A stretch of 64,000 nucleotides of DNA from the NCBI GenBank assembly GCA_902611405.1, contig CACLZL010000005.1, positions 7,360 through 71,359 of the forward strand, written 5' to 3'. Below the pieces are notes generated by a model, which was given only the letters and a program-made list of their open reading frames with translations, made no database searches and was not told where the DNA came from. The position numbers and the translations under genes were made by a program. Below, in pieces: positions 53,846 to 64,000 of this stretch. Within the stretch, counting starts at the first letter, position 1. The number at the start of each line of letters is the position of its first letter. Origin of the DNA: an uncultured Pelagibacteraceae bacterium (GTDB taxonomy: Bacteria; Pseudomonadota; Alphaproteobacteria; Pelagibacterales; Pelagibacteraceae).

Positions 53846-56071
53846 CTAAAATAGAGGCTGATCTTTAAAAAAGTTTTTCATTTCTACAGGTCTTTGTTCC
53901 AAAATATATCTATAGACATTATAATTTTCCATTACTCGCTGTACGTAATTTCTTGTTTCTCTAAATTTTATTAATTCAACCCAATCAACATAATCAACTT
54001 GTTTTTTTTGGGGATCTTTATTTATTTTTTTCCAATATTTAACTCTGTTAGGTCCAGCATTGTAGGCAGCTACTGCAAAGGGATAAGCACCATCATATTG
54101 TAGAATTAAACCTGCAATATAATGTGAACCTAAATTAATATTATATTCTGGATCAGTAGTTAATCTTGATTTTGAATAAGGAAGTTTGGCTTGTTTTGAA
54201 ACTAATTTTGCTGTGTAAGGCATCAATTGCATCAATCCTTTTGCACCAGCATGACTATTAGCCTTCAAATCAAATTCACTTTCTTGTCTAATTATAGATA
54301 AAATCAAAGCACTCTCTGGAATTTTTCTTTTATTAATATATTTAGGTGTACTAATTATTGGATAGTTGTATTTATTATGAAATCTTTTTTGATATGACGC
54401 AATTTTTGAAACTTGAATAGCAAAATCATATCTGTTGATACTTGTAGCTAATTCTGCGGCTAAAACTTCACTGCCTTTAGCTATATTGTCGTTAGCTAAA
54501 TGTCTTAAAATATGTTTTGTATATTTATCTTTCTTCAACTCATCTAGAAGATATGAAATTTTTACAAGTTCTTTATTAAAAAATTGAATTCTATATTTTG
54601 GATCAATTTTCATGTCTTTTTCTAATTCAAATTTTCCATTTGGATTTAATTTTAAAAAAGCTAATTGACCATAGTATGTAGTTAGATATTTTGTTGCTTC
54701 TTTATACCAATTATTTGATTGTTCTCTTTCGCCTAATTTTTCATTTGCTCTTCCTAGCCAATAAGCGCCTCTTGATAAGCTTATTGGATAACTAACATTT
54801 TCATAAAAATTTTTAAAATGATTTTTAGCAGTTATGGGATCATTTAAAAAACTTAATGCTATCCAACCACTCATCCATTCAGCAGCCGCATATTCAGATC
54901 CTTCAGTCATTCCATGGTTGCTTGAAATTTTATATGAAATTTCATATTTTTTTTTATAAATTAATGCTCTTGAGATAATTTCTCTTTCTTTCCACCATTT
55001 ATCAGGTCTAACTAAATAATCTTTATCATTTCTAATTTTCAATAAGATCTCTGCTGAAGAATCTACACGCCCTTTTTTTCTTCTCCATTTTAATCGATCA
55101 TAGTTTAACCCAGCATCATTTTTAAATTTTTGAGGAACCTTAGCTATAGCTTGATCAACACCATAGCCCTTACTCATTAAAAGATGTCTTGCGTTATATA
55201 AAAGTTCGTAATCTTTTGGTAGATATCTTATTAATCTTTGTAAATCCCACCGATCTCCATTCCAAGCTAAATAATCAGCTCGTTTGATATAGTCATCTGC
55301 ATTTAAGTATTTTTTATATTTTTTTCTAAAATATTTTAATTCATTTTTAGATAAATCTGCTGTTATCCAGCCTTCTTTAATTAGTTTTGTGCCCTTGTTT
55401 TTCTCACCAATTAAAACATGACTTTCTCCAAGTATCATTTTTCCATAACCACTTAATGGATCTTTTTGCTCAAACCAATTTATTATTTTTTTTGGTGAAA
55501 CACTTTCTGTAGATAGTTTATGTTCAGCAAGATACCTAATTCTGTCTATTCTAGGATAATCTGAATTATTATTTAAAAAAACTTGATATTCATAAAAGGA
55601 TGCTTGATTACCAGACGTTAAAAGATGTCGCCATTGTATAAAATTATAAATTGACTTGTCTTTTGCTTTTTTTGCAATTTTAAGAGCAGATGACCATTTT
55701 CTTTTCTGCATTTCTGAAATGGACTTTTTAGCAAATCCAAAGTCTTTTTTACTATAATATCTTGAAATTTTAACATTCTTAGCTTTGCTAGCGCCAGCTA
55801 TGATTGGTTTTTTCTTAGGTATTTTAAAACTTAATTTTTTTTTTTTTAAATCTAACTCTTTTTTAACAATTACTTCTTCGTTTTTAACCTCTTCATTTTT
55901 TGAGGGTTTCTTTAAAGGTTTAAGGATATTTATAGATATTTTCTTTTGAATTTCTTCTTTACTTAAAACAGGTTTTTTTAAAGGTACAACTGAATTGATT
56001 TCAGCTAAAAGATTATTCGAAAACATTAATATAGATACAGTGAAACCTAAAAATAATATTTTTTTGAGCAT
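53846..56071 (-). CDS. slt: Soluble lytic murein transglycosylase (Slt70-like)
   Basis: IRQES.F, GA.GLMQLMP.TA, AAYNAGP, ETRNYVQRV; signal peptide. Confidence 0.94.
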   Translation of the reverse strand: MLKKILFLGFTVSILMFSNNLLAEINSVVPLKKPVLSKEEIQKKISINILKPLKKPSKNEEVKNEEVIVKKELDLKKKKLSFKIPKKKPIIAGASKAKNVKISRYYSKKDFGFAKKSISEMQKRKWSSALKIAKKAKDKSIYNFIQWRHLLTSGNQASFYEYQVFLNNNSDYPRIDRIRYLAEHKLSTESVSPKKIINWFEQKDPLSGYGKMILGESHVLIGEKNKGTKLIKEGWITADLSKNELKYFRKKYKKYLNADDYIKRADYLAWNGDRWDLQRLIRYLPKDYELLYNARHLLMSKGYGVDQAIAKVPQKFKNDAGLNYDRLKWRRKKGRVDSSAEILLKIRNDKDYLVRPDKWWKEREIISRALIYKKKYEISYKISSNHGMTEGSEYAAAEWMSGWIALSFLNDPITAKNHFKNFYENVSYPISLSRGAYWLGRANEKLGEREQSNNWYKEATKYLTTYYGQLAFLKLNPNGKFELEKDMKIDPKYRIQFFNKELVKISYLLDELKKDKYTKHILRHLANDNIAKGSEVLAAELATSINRYDFAIQVSKIASYQKRFHNKYNYPIISTPKYINKRKIPESALILSIIRQESEFDLKANSHAGAKGLMQLMPYTAKLVSKQAKLPYSKSRLTTDPEYNINLGSHYIAGLILQYDGAYPFAVAAYNAGPNRVKYWKKINKDPQKKQVDYVDWVELIKFRETRNYVQRVMENYNVYRYILEQRPVEMKNFFKDQPLF

Positions 56072-56114
56072 AATCTTTTAGTATATGAATCTTTAAACTA
56101 TGTTATAAGTATTT

Positions 56115-56996
56115 ATGTTTAAAGGATCAAATGTTGCTTTAATTACACCATTTAAAAATAATGGTCTAGACGAGGAGTCGTATATTAAATTAATCCATTT
56201 CCACATTGATAATGGTACTAATGGACTTGTTCCAGCTGGTACAACTGGAGAATCTCCTACTTTAAGTCATGATGAGCATCAAAGAGTAATAGATTTATGT
56301 ATAAAAGAAAGTAATGGAAAAATTCCTGTTATTGCTGGGACGGGGTCAAACTCAACAGAAGAAGCGATTTCTTTAACCACTCATGCAGAAAAAGCAGGAG
56401 CCAATGGAGCTTTGATAGTTACTCCTTATTACAATAAACCAACACAAGAAGGCTTATATCAACATTATAAAGCAATTAATGACAAGTGCGGCATTCCAAT
56501 TATAATTTATAATATTCCTGGTAGGTCAGTGATTGATATGTCAGTAGACACAATGGCCAGACTGTATGAATTAAAAAATATAGTTGGTGTTAAAGATGCA
56601 ACAGGTGATTTAAATAGAGTTAATCAGACACTTGAAAAAATGGGTAAAGATTTTATTCAATTAACAGGTAATGATGACAATGCTTTTGAATTTAATAAAC
56701 GTGGTGGAGTAGGTACTATTAGTGTAACAGCAAATATTGCACCTAAACTTTGTTCAGATTTTCAAAAATTTTCTAAATCAAATACTGATAACGAAAAGAA
56801 AGAAGCAGAAAGATTAGATAAAATATTACAGCCAGTTCATCACTCAATGTTTGTTGAGAGCAATCCTAGCCCTGTAAAATACGCAGCAAAACTTTTAGGA
56901 CTTTGTGATGATAATGTAAGACTACCACTTGTTAAAGTAACAGAGACAACAAAAGAAATTGTAAAAAAAGCTCTACAGTCTGCTAAATTAATTTAA
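56115..56996 (+). CDS. dapA: 4-hydroxy-tetrahydrodipicolinate synthase
   Basis: GTTGES, PYYNKP, YNIPGR, GVKDATG. Confidence 0.98.
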   Translation: MFKGSNVALITPFKNNGLDEESYIKLIHFHIDNGTNGLVPAGTTGESPTLSHDEHQRVIDLCIKESNGKIPVIAGTGSNSTEEAISLTTHAEKAGANGALIVTPYYNKPTQEGLYQHYKAINDKCGIPIIIYNIPGRSVIDMSVDTMARLYELKNIVGVKDATGDLNRVNQTLEKMGKDFIQLTGNDDNAFEFNKRGGVGTISVTANIAPKLCSDFQKFSKSNTDNEKKEAERLDKILQPVHHSMFVESNPSPVKYAAKLLGLCDDNVRLPLVKVTETTKEIVKKALQSAKLI

Positions 56997-57466
56997 TGAA
57001 TAAAAAAACCAATCCTGGTTTGAAAATTATTTGTTTAAACAGAAAAGCTAGTTTTAACTATTTTTTTGAAGATCTTTTTGAAGCTGGAATTGTTTTAAAG
57101 GGATCTGAGATTAAATCAGTAAGAGATGGTAAGGTGAACATTTCTGAGTCTTATGCTGTTGAAAACGGAGGTGAAATTGTTTTAATTAATTCACATATAT
57201 CTCCATATCAGCAAGCCAGTTATTCTAATCATAATCCAACAGCTGATAGAAAATTGCTTCTTAATAAAAAACAAATAAATAAATTAATAGGTAAAATGCA
57301 AAGAGATGGTTTCACACTAGTTCCAACAAAAATGTATTTTAAAAAAGGAAAGGCTAAAATAGAAGTAGCTGTAGCAAAAGGAAAAAGACAATATGATAAA
57401 AGAGCAACAAAAAAAAGTAGAGATTGGAACCGTGAAAAAGCAAGGTATATTAGAAAATCAAGCTAA
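56996..57466 (+). CDS. smpB: SsrA-binding protein
   Basis: NRKA, EAGIVL.G.EIKS, RKLLL, GK..YDKR. Confidence 0.98.
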   Translation: MNKKTNPGLKIICLNRKASFNYFFEDLFEAGIVLKGSEIKSVRDGKVNISESYAVENGGEIVLINSHISPYQQASYSNHNPTADRKLLLNKKQINKLIGKMQRDGFTLVPTKMYFKKGKAKIEVAVAKGKRQYDKRATKKSRDWNREKARYIRKSS

Positions 57467-57950
57467 AATTGTTTTTTTAGGAATAGGTTCAAATTTAGGT
57501 CTAAGAAAAACATATATAGAAAAAGCAAAATTTTTATTAGCTGGCTATAACTTAGATTTTCTCTCCGTATCTAGTTATTATGAAACTCCTTCCTGGCCTG
57601 ATCCAAGAAAACCTAAATTCTTAAATATAATTTTAAAAATAAAATGCAATTACAGTCCTCAAGAACTATTAAAAATTTGTAAGACTATAGAAATTCAATT
57701 AGGTAGAAAAAAAACAAAAAAAAATGCTCCTCGTACATGTGATTTGGACATAATCGATTTTAATAAATTGGTATCAAAAAAAAATTCTAAAATTAATTTA
57801 CCCCACAAAATGATGCACAAAAGAAACTTTGTATTATTTCCATTATTAGAGATTCAAAAGAATTGGATCCATCCTGATAAACGAATAGATGTTAAAACCT
57901 TGATTTCTCTACTTCCTGATAGAGACATTAGATCTATTAAACAAATTTGA
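57432..57950 (+). CDS. folK: HPPK FolK (start uncertain: GTG 57432 or ATG 57393)
   Basis: [32 protein letters not shown]. Confidence 0.93.
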   Translation: MKKQGILENQAKIVFLGIGSNLGLRKTYIEKAKFLLAGYNLDFLSVSSYYETPSWPDPRKPKFLNIILKIKCNYSPQELLKICKTIEIQLGRKKTKKNAPRTCDLDIIDFNKLVSKKNSKINLPHKMMHKRNFVLFPLLEIQKNWIHPDKRIDVKTLISLLPDRDIRSIKQI

Positions 57951-57955
57951 TTTAG

Positions 57956-57964
57956 TGGTATAAT
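57956..57964 (+). promoter_or_regulatory. Extended -10 promoter element (probable leaderless spoT mRNA)
   Basis: TG-G-TATAAT ending 7 nt before the ATG at 57972. Confidence 0.6.
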
Positions 57965-57971
57965 ATCAACT

Positions 57972-59717
57972 ATGCTTAATTCAAATGAACTTATAAATAA
58001 AGTTAAGAATTATAATAAATTTCTTAATCCTGAAAAATTGGATAAAGCATATAATTTTGCTGTTAAAGCACATAAGAGTCAAAAAAGAGCTTCAGGTGAT
58101 CCTTATTCAGTTCACCCAATAGAGGTTGCAAATATTTTAACTGAATTAAAATTAGATAGCGCTACTATTACAACAGGTCTATTGCATGACACCATAGAAG
58201 ATACTTTTGCAACTTATGAAACTATCAAACAAGAATTTGGAAATGAGGTTGCTGATTTAGTTGACGGTGTAACGAAAATTTCAGCATTTGAAAATTCAGC
58301 TGGAGCTAATTCTAAAGTTGAGAATTTCAGAAAATTAATTTTAGCAACATCAAAAGATATCAGAGTTCTGTTAGTAAAAATTGCTGACCGTCTACATAAT
58401 ATGAGGACTATTAAAGCTATTTCAAAAGAAGACAAAAGAAAAAGGATAGCTCAAGAAACAATGGAAATTTATGCGCCATTAGCTGATAGAATGGGGATGC
58501 ACAGAATAAGAGATGAACTTGAGGATTTATCTTTTGAAATTTTAAATAACGATGCAAGAAAATTAATAAAAAAAAGACTTGATGAAATAAAATTGGATAA
58601 AAAAGATTTATTTGAAGAACAATCTTTTGAGTTAAGTGAAATCTTGAATGATAATGAAATTAATGCCGAGATTCATGGTAGAGAAAAAACACCTTTTTCA
58701 ATTTGGAGAAAAGTCCAAAAAAAAAGAGTCTCACTTGAGCAAATAACAGACATTATTGGATTTAGGATAATTTTAAAAAATGTAGACGATTGTTACAAAA
58801 CTCTTGGTATTTTTCATAAAAAATGGAATTGCATACCGGGAAAATTTAAAGATTATATTTCATCTCCGAAAATCAATGGTTACAAATCCATTCATACTTC
58901 TGTAATTGGTTCAAATAAAAAACCAATAGAAATTCAAATTAGAACACACGAAATGCACGAATTTGCAGAAAGAGGTATCGCATCTCATTGGCAGTATAAA
59001 TCTTCTGAAAAATTTAATTCTTTAAGCTGGAAGGAGTACGATTGGTTGAAAGATCTTGTTGAGATTATAGAAAAAAATGAAAACCCTGAAGACTCATATG
59101 AGTATACAAAATTACAAATGTTTCAAGAAAACGTATTTTGTTTTACACCAAAAGGTTCAGTAATAAAATTACCTAAAGACGCAACAGCTATAGATTTTGC
59201 ATATGCTGTTCATACTAAAATTGGCAATTCAGCAGTTGGTTGTGAAATTAATGGAAACAAAAACGAACTACAAACTATTTTAAGAAATGGTGATCGTGTA
59301 AATATTATAACATCTAAAAATAATTCACCGTCACTTCATTGGATACCAACAACCAAAACAGGTAAAGCTAGAGCAGCAATACGAAGATATTGGCATGATA
59401 AAGGAGAGCAAAAAGAGGAAAAAACAAAAAAATATAATACTACTCTATGGATGTCATTACCTGATAAGCCAGGTCAATTAGGAGATATAAGCTCACTCAT
59501 TGGAAGTCATAAATTAAATATATCGAGCTTAGAAATGGTTGGTAAAAATCCCAATTATATTAATTTTAAATTTAAATTAATTATTAGAAACCTTAAGAAT
59601 TTTACTAATTTTATTGCAGAGCTAAAACAAAAGAGTATAAAATTTAAGATAATTAGACACGAAGAAAAAAGAAATGCTTTCACACAAAAAATCCTTAAAT
59701 ATTTTAAAAAAAACTAA
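57972..59717 (+). CDS. spoT: Bifunctional (p)ppGpp synthetase/hydrolase Rsh, shortened C-terminus
   Basis: R.SG.PY..HP, HD motif, EIQIRT, TGS (FTPKG..DFAY..H), ACT-like tail. Confidence 0.95.
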   Translation: MLNSNELINKVKNYNKFLNPEKLDKAYNFAVKAHKSQKRASGDPYSVHPIEVANILTELKLDSATITTGLLHDTIEDTFATYETIKQEFGNEVADLVDGVTKISAFENSAGANSKVENFRKLILATSKDIRVLLVKIADRLHNMRTIKAISKEDKRKRIAQETMEIYAPLADRMGMHRIRDELEDLSFEILNNDARKLIKKRLDEIKLDKKDLFEEQSFELSEILNDNEINAEIHGREKTPFSIWRKVQKKRVSLEQITDIIGFRIILKNVDDCYKTLGIFHKKWNCIPGKFKDYISSPKINGYKSIHTSVIGSNKKPIEIQIRTHEMHEFAERGIASHWQYKSSEKFNSLSWKEYDWLKDLVEIIEKNENPEDSYEYTKLQMFQENVFCFTPKGSVIKLPKDATAIDFAYAVHTKIGNSAVGCEINGNKNELQTILRNGDRVNIITSKNNSPSLHWIPTTKTGKARAAIRRYWHDKGEQKEEKTKKYNTTLWMSLPDKPGQLGDISSLIGSHKLNISSLEMVGKNPNYINFKFKLIIRNLKNFTNFIAELKQKSIKFKIIRHEEKRNAFTQKILKYFKKN

Positions 59718-60261
59718 TGCATTTTTAGAAGGTCACTTTGTTTTATCTTCAGGTCTACATTCTTCAAAATATATTCAATGTGCAAAACTTTTAAGTTTCC
59801 CTAATTTAGCTGATAAAATTTGTAAATCTTTAGCAAATAAAATTAAAAAAAAATTTAAAAAAATTGATTTAATACTATCTCCAGCAATGGGAGGAGTAAT
59901 TATTGGATACGAAATAGGAAAATTACTAAAAAAAGAAACAATTTTTTGTGAAAGGGTAAATGGTAAATTTACTCTCCGAAGAGGATTCAATATTAAAAAG
60001 GGTGCAAGAGTATTAATTATAGAAGATGTAATTACTACGGGAAAATCAAGTTTAGAATGTGTAAAGTTAATTAAAAAATCAAAAGCAAAGTTTATTGGAT
60101 TTGCATCTATAATTGATAGATCAACTAAAAAATCTTTAAAAATAAAAACTGGAATAACGTCTCATTTAAAAATAGAAGTTCCAACTTATAAAGCAAATAA
60201 ATTACCACCTGAACTTAAGTCAATACCAATAACAACACCAGGAAGTAGATTTATTAAGTGA
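59674..60261 (+). CDS. pyrE: Orotate phosphoribosyltransferase
   Basis: GHFVLSSG.HS, IEDVITTG.S, PGSR. Confidence 0.96.
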   Translation: MLSHKKSLNILKKTNAFLEGHFVLSSGLHSSKYIQCAKLLSFPNLADKICKSLANKIKKKFKKIDLILSPAMGGVIIGYEIGKLLKKETIFCERVNGKFTLRRGFNIKKGARVLIIEDVITTGKSSLECVKLIKKSKAKFIGFASIIDRSTKKSLKIKTGITSHLKIEVPTYKANKLPPELKSIPITTPGSRFIK

Positions 60262-60977
60262 AAAGGTTAGGTGTAAATATAGATCATATTGCAACTTTAC
60301 GAAACGCTCGTGGAGAGAAACACCCTGATCCAATAAATGCAGCAAAAAAAGTTATTAGTTATGGAGCTGATTCTGTAACAATTCATTTAAGAGAAGATAG
60401 AAGACATATAAGTGATATTGATGCCAAAAAAATATGTGGTTTAAAAAATGTACTTGTAAATCTTGAAATTTCTATGAATAAAGAAATTGTTAATAAAGCT
60501 CTTAAGATAAAACCAAATTTCATTTGTTTGGTTCCAGAAAATAGAAGAGAAATTACCACAGAGGGAGGTTTAAATATAAAAAACAACCTTAATAAATTAA
60601 AAAAAATAATTAAAAAATTTAAAAAATCAAAAATAAGAACAAGTTTATTCATTAATCCTTTTCCAAATGACATTAGACTTGCTAAAAAATTAAATGCTGA
60701 TTGTATTGAAATACATACAGGAAAATTAGCTAACTTAGTTAAATCAAATAAAAATTATTCTAAAGAATTAAATAGAATTAAAAAAAGTTCAAAGTTAGCA
60801 TCAAGTTTAAAAATTGAAGTCCATGCTGGACATGGTCTAGACTATAAAACTACTAAAATATTAACAAAAATAATAGATATAGAAGAATATAATATTGGAC
60901 ATTTTATAATTGGGGAGTCCATATTTTATGGTCTTTCAAAAGTAATTAAAAACTTTAAAAAAATTATAAAAAAATAA
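60258..60977 (+). CDS. pdxJ: Pyridoxine 5'-phosphate synthase (GTG start)
   Basis: LGVNIDH.ATLR, HLREDRRHI, HAGHGL, NIGH. Confidence 0.98.
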   Translation: MKRLGVNIDHIATLRNARGEKHPDPINAAKKVISYGADSVTIHLREDRRHISDIDAKKICGLKNVLVNLEISMNKEIVNKALKIKPNFICLVPENRREITTEGGLNIKNNLNKLKKIIKKFKKSKIRTSLFINPFPNDIRLAKKLNADCIEIHTGKLANLVKSNKNYSKELNRIKKSSKLASSLKIEVHAGHGLDYKTTKILTKIIDIEEYNIGHFIIGESIFYGLSKVIKNFKKIIKK

Positions 60978-61364
60978 ATGAAAATTCTTGGTATTGGTGT
61001 AGATATTGTTGATAATAAAAGAATTCAAAAGTCTATTAAAAATCCTTTATTTAAAAAAAGAATTTATACATTTAAAGAATTAAAACAATCCTATACTGTG
61101 AATAATAAAGTAGGTTATTTTTCAAAGAGATTTGCTGCAAAAGAAGCATTTTCTAAAGCTCTCGGAATAGGTTTTCGTATGAATTTAAATTTTAAAGATA
61201 TAGAAATTATTAATGACAGAATGGGAAAGCCTTATTATGTTAAAAATAAAAAAATTACAAAAATCGTTCAAAAAAATTTTAAAATCAAAAAATTTAAATG
61301 TTTTTTATCAATTTCAGATGAAAAAAATTACTCAACCGCATTTGCAATTATTCAAACATCATGA
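60978..61364 (+). CDS. acpS: Holo-ACP synthase
   Basis: GIGVDIV, RFAAKEAFSKALG, GKP. Confidence 0.96.
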   Translation: MKILGIGVDIVDNKRIQKSIKNPLFKKRIYTFKELKQSYTVNNKVGYFSKRFAAKEAFSKALGIGFRMNLNFKDIEIINDRMGKPYYVKNKKITKIVQKNFKIKKFKCFLSISDEKNYSTAFAIIQTS

Positions 61365-62098
61365 AATTAGATAAAAATTTCTTTTCAGAAAATATAAAAA
61401 CTTTAATTTACGCATTAATAATTGCAGTAATTATTAGATCGCTTTTACTACAACCATTTTACATTCCATCTTCATCCATGGAACCTACTTTGTTAGTAGG
61501 TGATAGATTGTTTGTAACAAAATATACTTATGGATACAGCAAACATTCATTTCCTTTCAGCCCCCCAATATTAAACAAAAGAATTATGTTTAGCAGTCCA
61601 GAAAGAGGTGATGTGATTGTGTTTAAAACACCAGCTGATAATCGAACAGATTATATTAAAAGATTAATTGGTTTACCTGGTGATAAAATTCAGTTTATAG
61701 ATTCTAATTTATATCTAAATAATTCTGAAATTCTTAAATCTAAAGTTACAAACAAAACTAGTATATTCTGTGGTGATAAAATTATTGATGTATATAGATT
61801 TGAAGAAAAACTTTCAAATGGTAAAAAATTTCACACAGTTTATTTAAAAGATTATACTTATCAAAATTCAGATGTGTTTACTGTTCCAAAAGACCATTAT
61901 TTCTTTTTAGGTGATAACAGAGATTGCTCTAAAGATAGCAGATACCTAACAAGTGTTGGATATGTACATAAAGACAATTTAGTTGGAAAAGCTCAATTTA
62001 TATTTTTTTCTTCTGATAAAAATATAGGAGGTTTTGTAGAATTTTGGAAATGGCATAAGTCAATAAGATTTAATAGAACATTTAATAAAATTGATTAA
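61361..62098 (+). CDS. lepB: Signal peptidase I
   Basis: IPS.SM.PTL..GD, YIKR.IGLPGD, GDNRD.S.DSR. Confidence 0.98.
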   Translation: MKLDKNFFSENIKTLIYALIIAVIIRSLLLQPFYIPSSSMEPTLLVGDRLFVTKYTYGYSKHSFPFSPPILNKRIMFSSPERGDVIVFKTPADNRTDYIKRLIGLPGDKIQFIDSNLYLNNSEILKSKVTNKTSIFCGDKIIDVYRFEEKLSNGKKFHTVYLKDYTYQNSDVFTVPKDHYFFLGDNRDCSKDSRYLTSVGYVHKDNLVGKAQFIFFSSDKNIGGFVEFWKWHKSIRFNRTFNKID

Positions 62099-62766
62099 TG
62101 AAAAGTGACTATCAGAGTTTAGAAAAAAAAATTGATTTAAAATTTAAAAATAAAGATCTACTTATTCAAGCCCTAACACATAAAAGTTTTAATCCAAATG
62201 AAAATAATGAAAAGATAGAGTTTTTGGGTGATAGAGTCCTTGGTTTAGTGATTGCAAAAAAACTTTTAGAAATTTATCCAGATGAAAAAGAAGGTATTCT
62301 TGATAAAAAATTTGCTTCGTTAGTAAATAAAAAAACCTGTTTGGATATAGCAAAAAAAATAAATTTAGCTAGTTATGTAAAAACATTTAACCCTAATAAT
62401 AAAAAAATAAAAATTGAAGACAAAATCATTTCAGATAGCTGTGAGGCATTAATTGGTGCTATATATCTAGATAAAGGTTTTACAATTGTTGAAAAAACAA
62501 TTTTAAACTTGTGGAAAAATCATATTGAAAAAAGTGTGGTGACTGAAATAGATGCAAAAACAAAGTTACAAGAATTAACTTTAAAAAAATTTAAAAAACT
62601 ACCTACTTATAAACTAATTTCAAATACTGGTCCAAGACACAAACCCATATTTAAAGTTGGAGTAAAATTACCCAATACAAAATATTTTATAGCTTCTGGT
62701 AAATCAAAGAAAGAAGCAGAACAAAATGCAGCAATTGAATGTTTAAAAATTACAAATAAAAAATGA
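62098..62766 (+). CDS. rnc: Ribonuclease III
   Basis: ALTHKS, NEKIEFLGD, EALIGA, dsRBD (K..LQE, AEQ.AA). Confidence 0.98.
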   Translation: MKSDYQSLEKKIDLKFKNKDLLIQALTHKSFNPNENNEKIEFLGDRVLGLVIAKKLLEIYPDEKEGILDKKFASLVNKKTCLDIAKKINLASYVKTFNPNNKKIKIEDKIISDSCEALIGAIYLDKGFTIVEKTILNLWKNHIEKSVVTEIDAKTKLQELTLKKFKKLPTYKLISNTGPRHKPIFKVGVKLPNTKYFIASGKSKKEAEQNAAIECLKITNKK

Positions 62767-63443
62767 ATTGGTCAGACGAGGGATTTTTAATAAGTAAAAC
62801 AAGATATAATGAAAATTCATTAATTGCTGAATTATTTACAAAGGATAAAGGAAAGCTATCTGGAATTATATTTGGTGGCACTTCAAAAAAAATTAAAAAT
62901 TATCTTCAAATAGGCAACAAACTTCACGTTAATTATAATTCAAAAAATGAAAACAGAATAGGTTATTTTAAAATTGAAATTTTAAATGTTTATACTCCCT
63001 TATATTTTGATAACAATCAAAAGTTATCTTGTATTACATCTGCTATGAATTTGATTAAAATATTAACTGCAGAGTCTCAATCTAATGATAAAATTTATTT
63101 TATAATTCAAAATTTATTTTTAATTTTAAAAGAAAAAGATTGGTTAAAAAAATATATCTTTTGGGAATTGGAGTTACTTAAAATATTGGGATATGATTTA
63201 GCACTTGAAAATTTAGTTGAAAAAGATTTAGAGGGAAACAAAACTGTATATTATGCAAGTTCTTTAAATGAAAAAAAATATGTACCTAATTTCTTGATTG
63301 AAAAAGATTTAGAAGTTAATGATCTCGGTACTTTATTGAGTGGTTTGAAATTAGTAGGTGATTATTTGGATAAAACTATATTAAGACCAAATAATTTAAA
63401 TTATCCAAATAGTAGGTTACTATTCTTAAATACTTTAAAATAA
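62763..63443 (+). CDS. recO: DNA repair protein RecO
   Basis: W.DEG, E.S.I..LFT, WEL.LL..LGY; follows rnc. Confidence 0.9.
   Translation: MNWSDEGFLISKTRYNENSLIAELFTKDKGKLSGIIFGGTSKKIKNYLQIGNKLHVNYNSKNENRIGYFKIEILNVYTPLYFDNNQKLSCITSAMNLIKILTAESQSNDKIYFIIQNLFLILKEKDWLKKYIFWELELLKILGYDLALENLVEKDLEGNKTVYYASSLNEKKYVPNFLIEKDLEVNDLGTLLSGLKLVGDYLDKTILRPNNLNYPNSRLLFLNTLK

Positions 63444-64000
<557 letters not shown>

Noticed and set aside
84-60673. Numerous 60-155 aa opposite-strand or alternate-frame ORFs in the track (e.g. 84-428, 3245-3712, 6858-7220, 34455-34772, 42861-43160)
   Set aside because: They lie inside well-supported conserved genes, show no motifs, and have the Phe/Ser/Leu/Ile bias expected of antisense shadows

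Overview
Very AT-rich, extremely compact alphaproteobacterial chromosome segment. Gene content, gene order and near-zero spacers suggest SAR11/Pelagibacterales (inference). 1-28047 is the core transcription/translation supercluster: tuf, tRNA-Trp, secE, nusG, rplKAJL, rpoBC, rpsLG-fusA, and the S10, spc and alpha operons. It has no tuf after fusA, no rpmD, and no room for the usual r-protein leaders except a structured rpsL leader. 28058-46803 holds housekeeping genes (rluC-like, lipB, mgtE, panC, galU, ugd, RidA-like, topA, plsY, a probably inactive pyrC, pyrB, yqgF, gatCAB, O-methyltransferase, trhO, MATE). 46816-48584 is the only accessory-looking islet: anchored thermonuclease, an unannotated 5'-truncated DUF805 remnant, an unusually long structured spacer overlapped by an unannotated 53-codon hydrophobic ORF, a GC-rich CxxC mini-ORF and a secreted hypothetical protein. 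This islet is the best candidate for something undescribed. It is followed by soxBDAG, tRNA-Ser, slt, dapA, smpB, folK, a shortened RelA/SpoT, pyrE, pdxJ, acpS, lepB, rnc, recO and partial hemB. No CRISPR array, integrase, transposase or rRNA was seen. All calls are by-eye motif recognition; no searches or folding programs were run.
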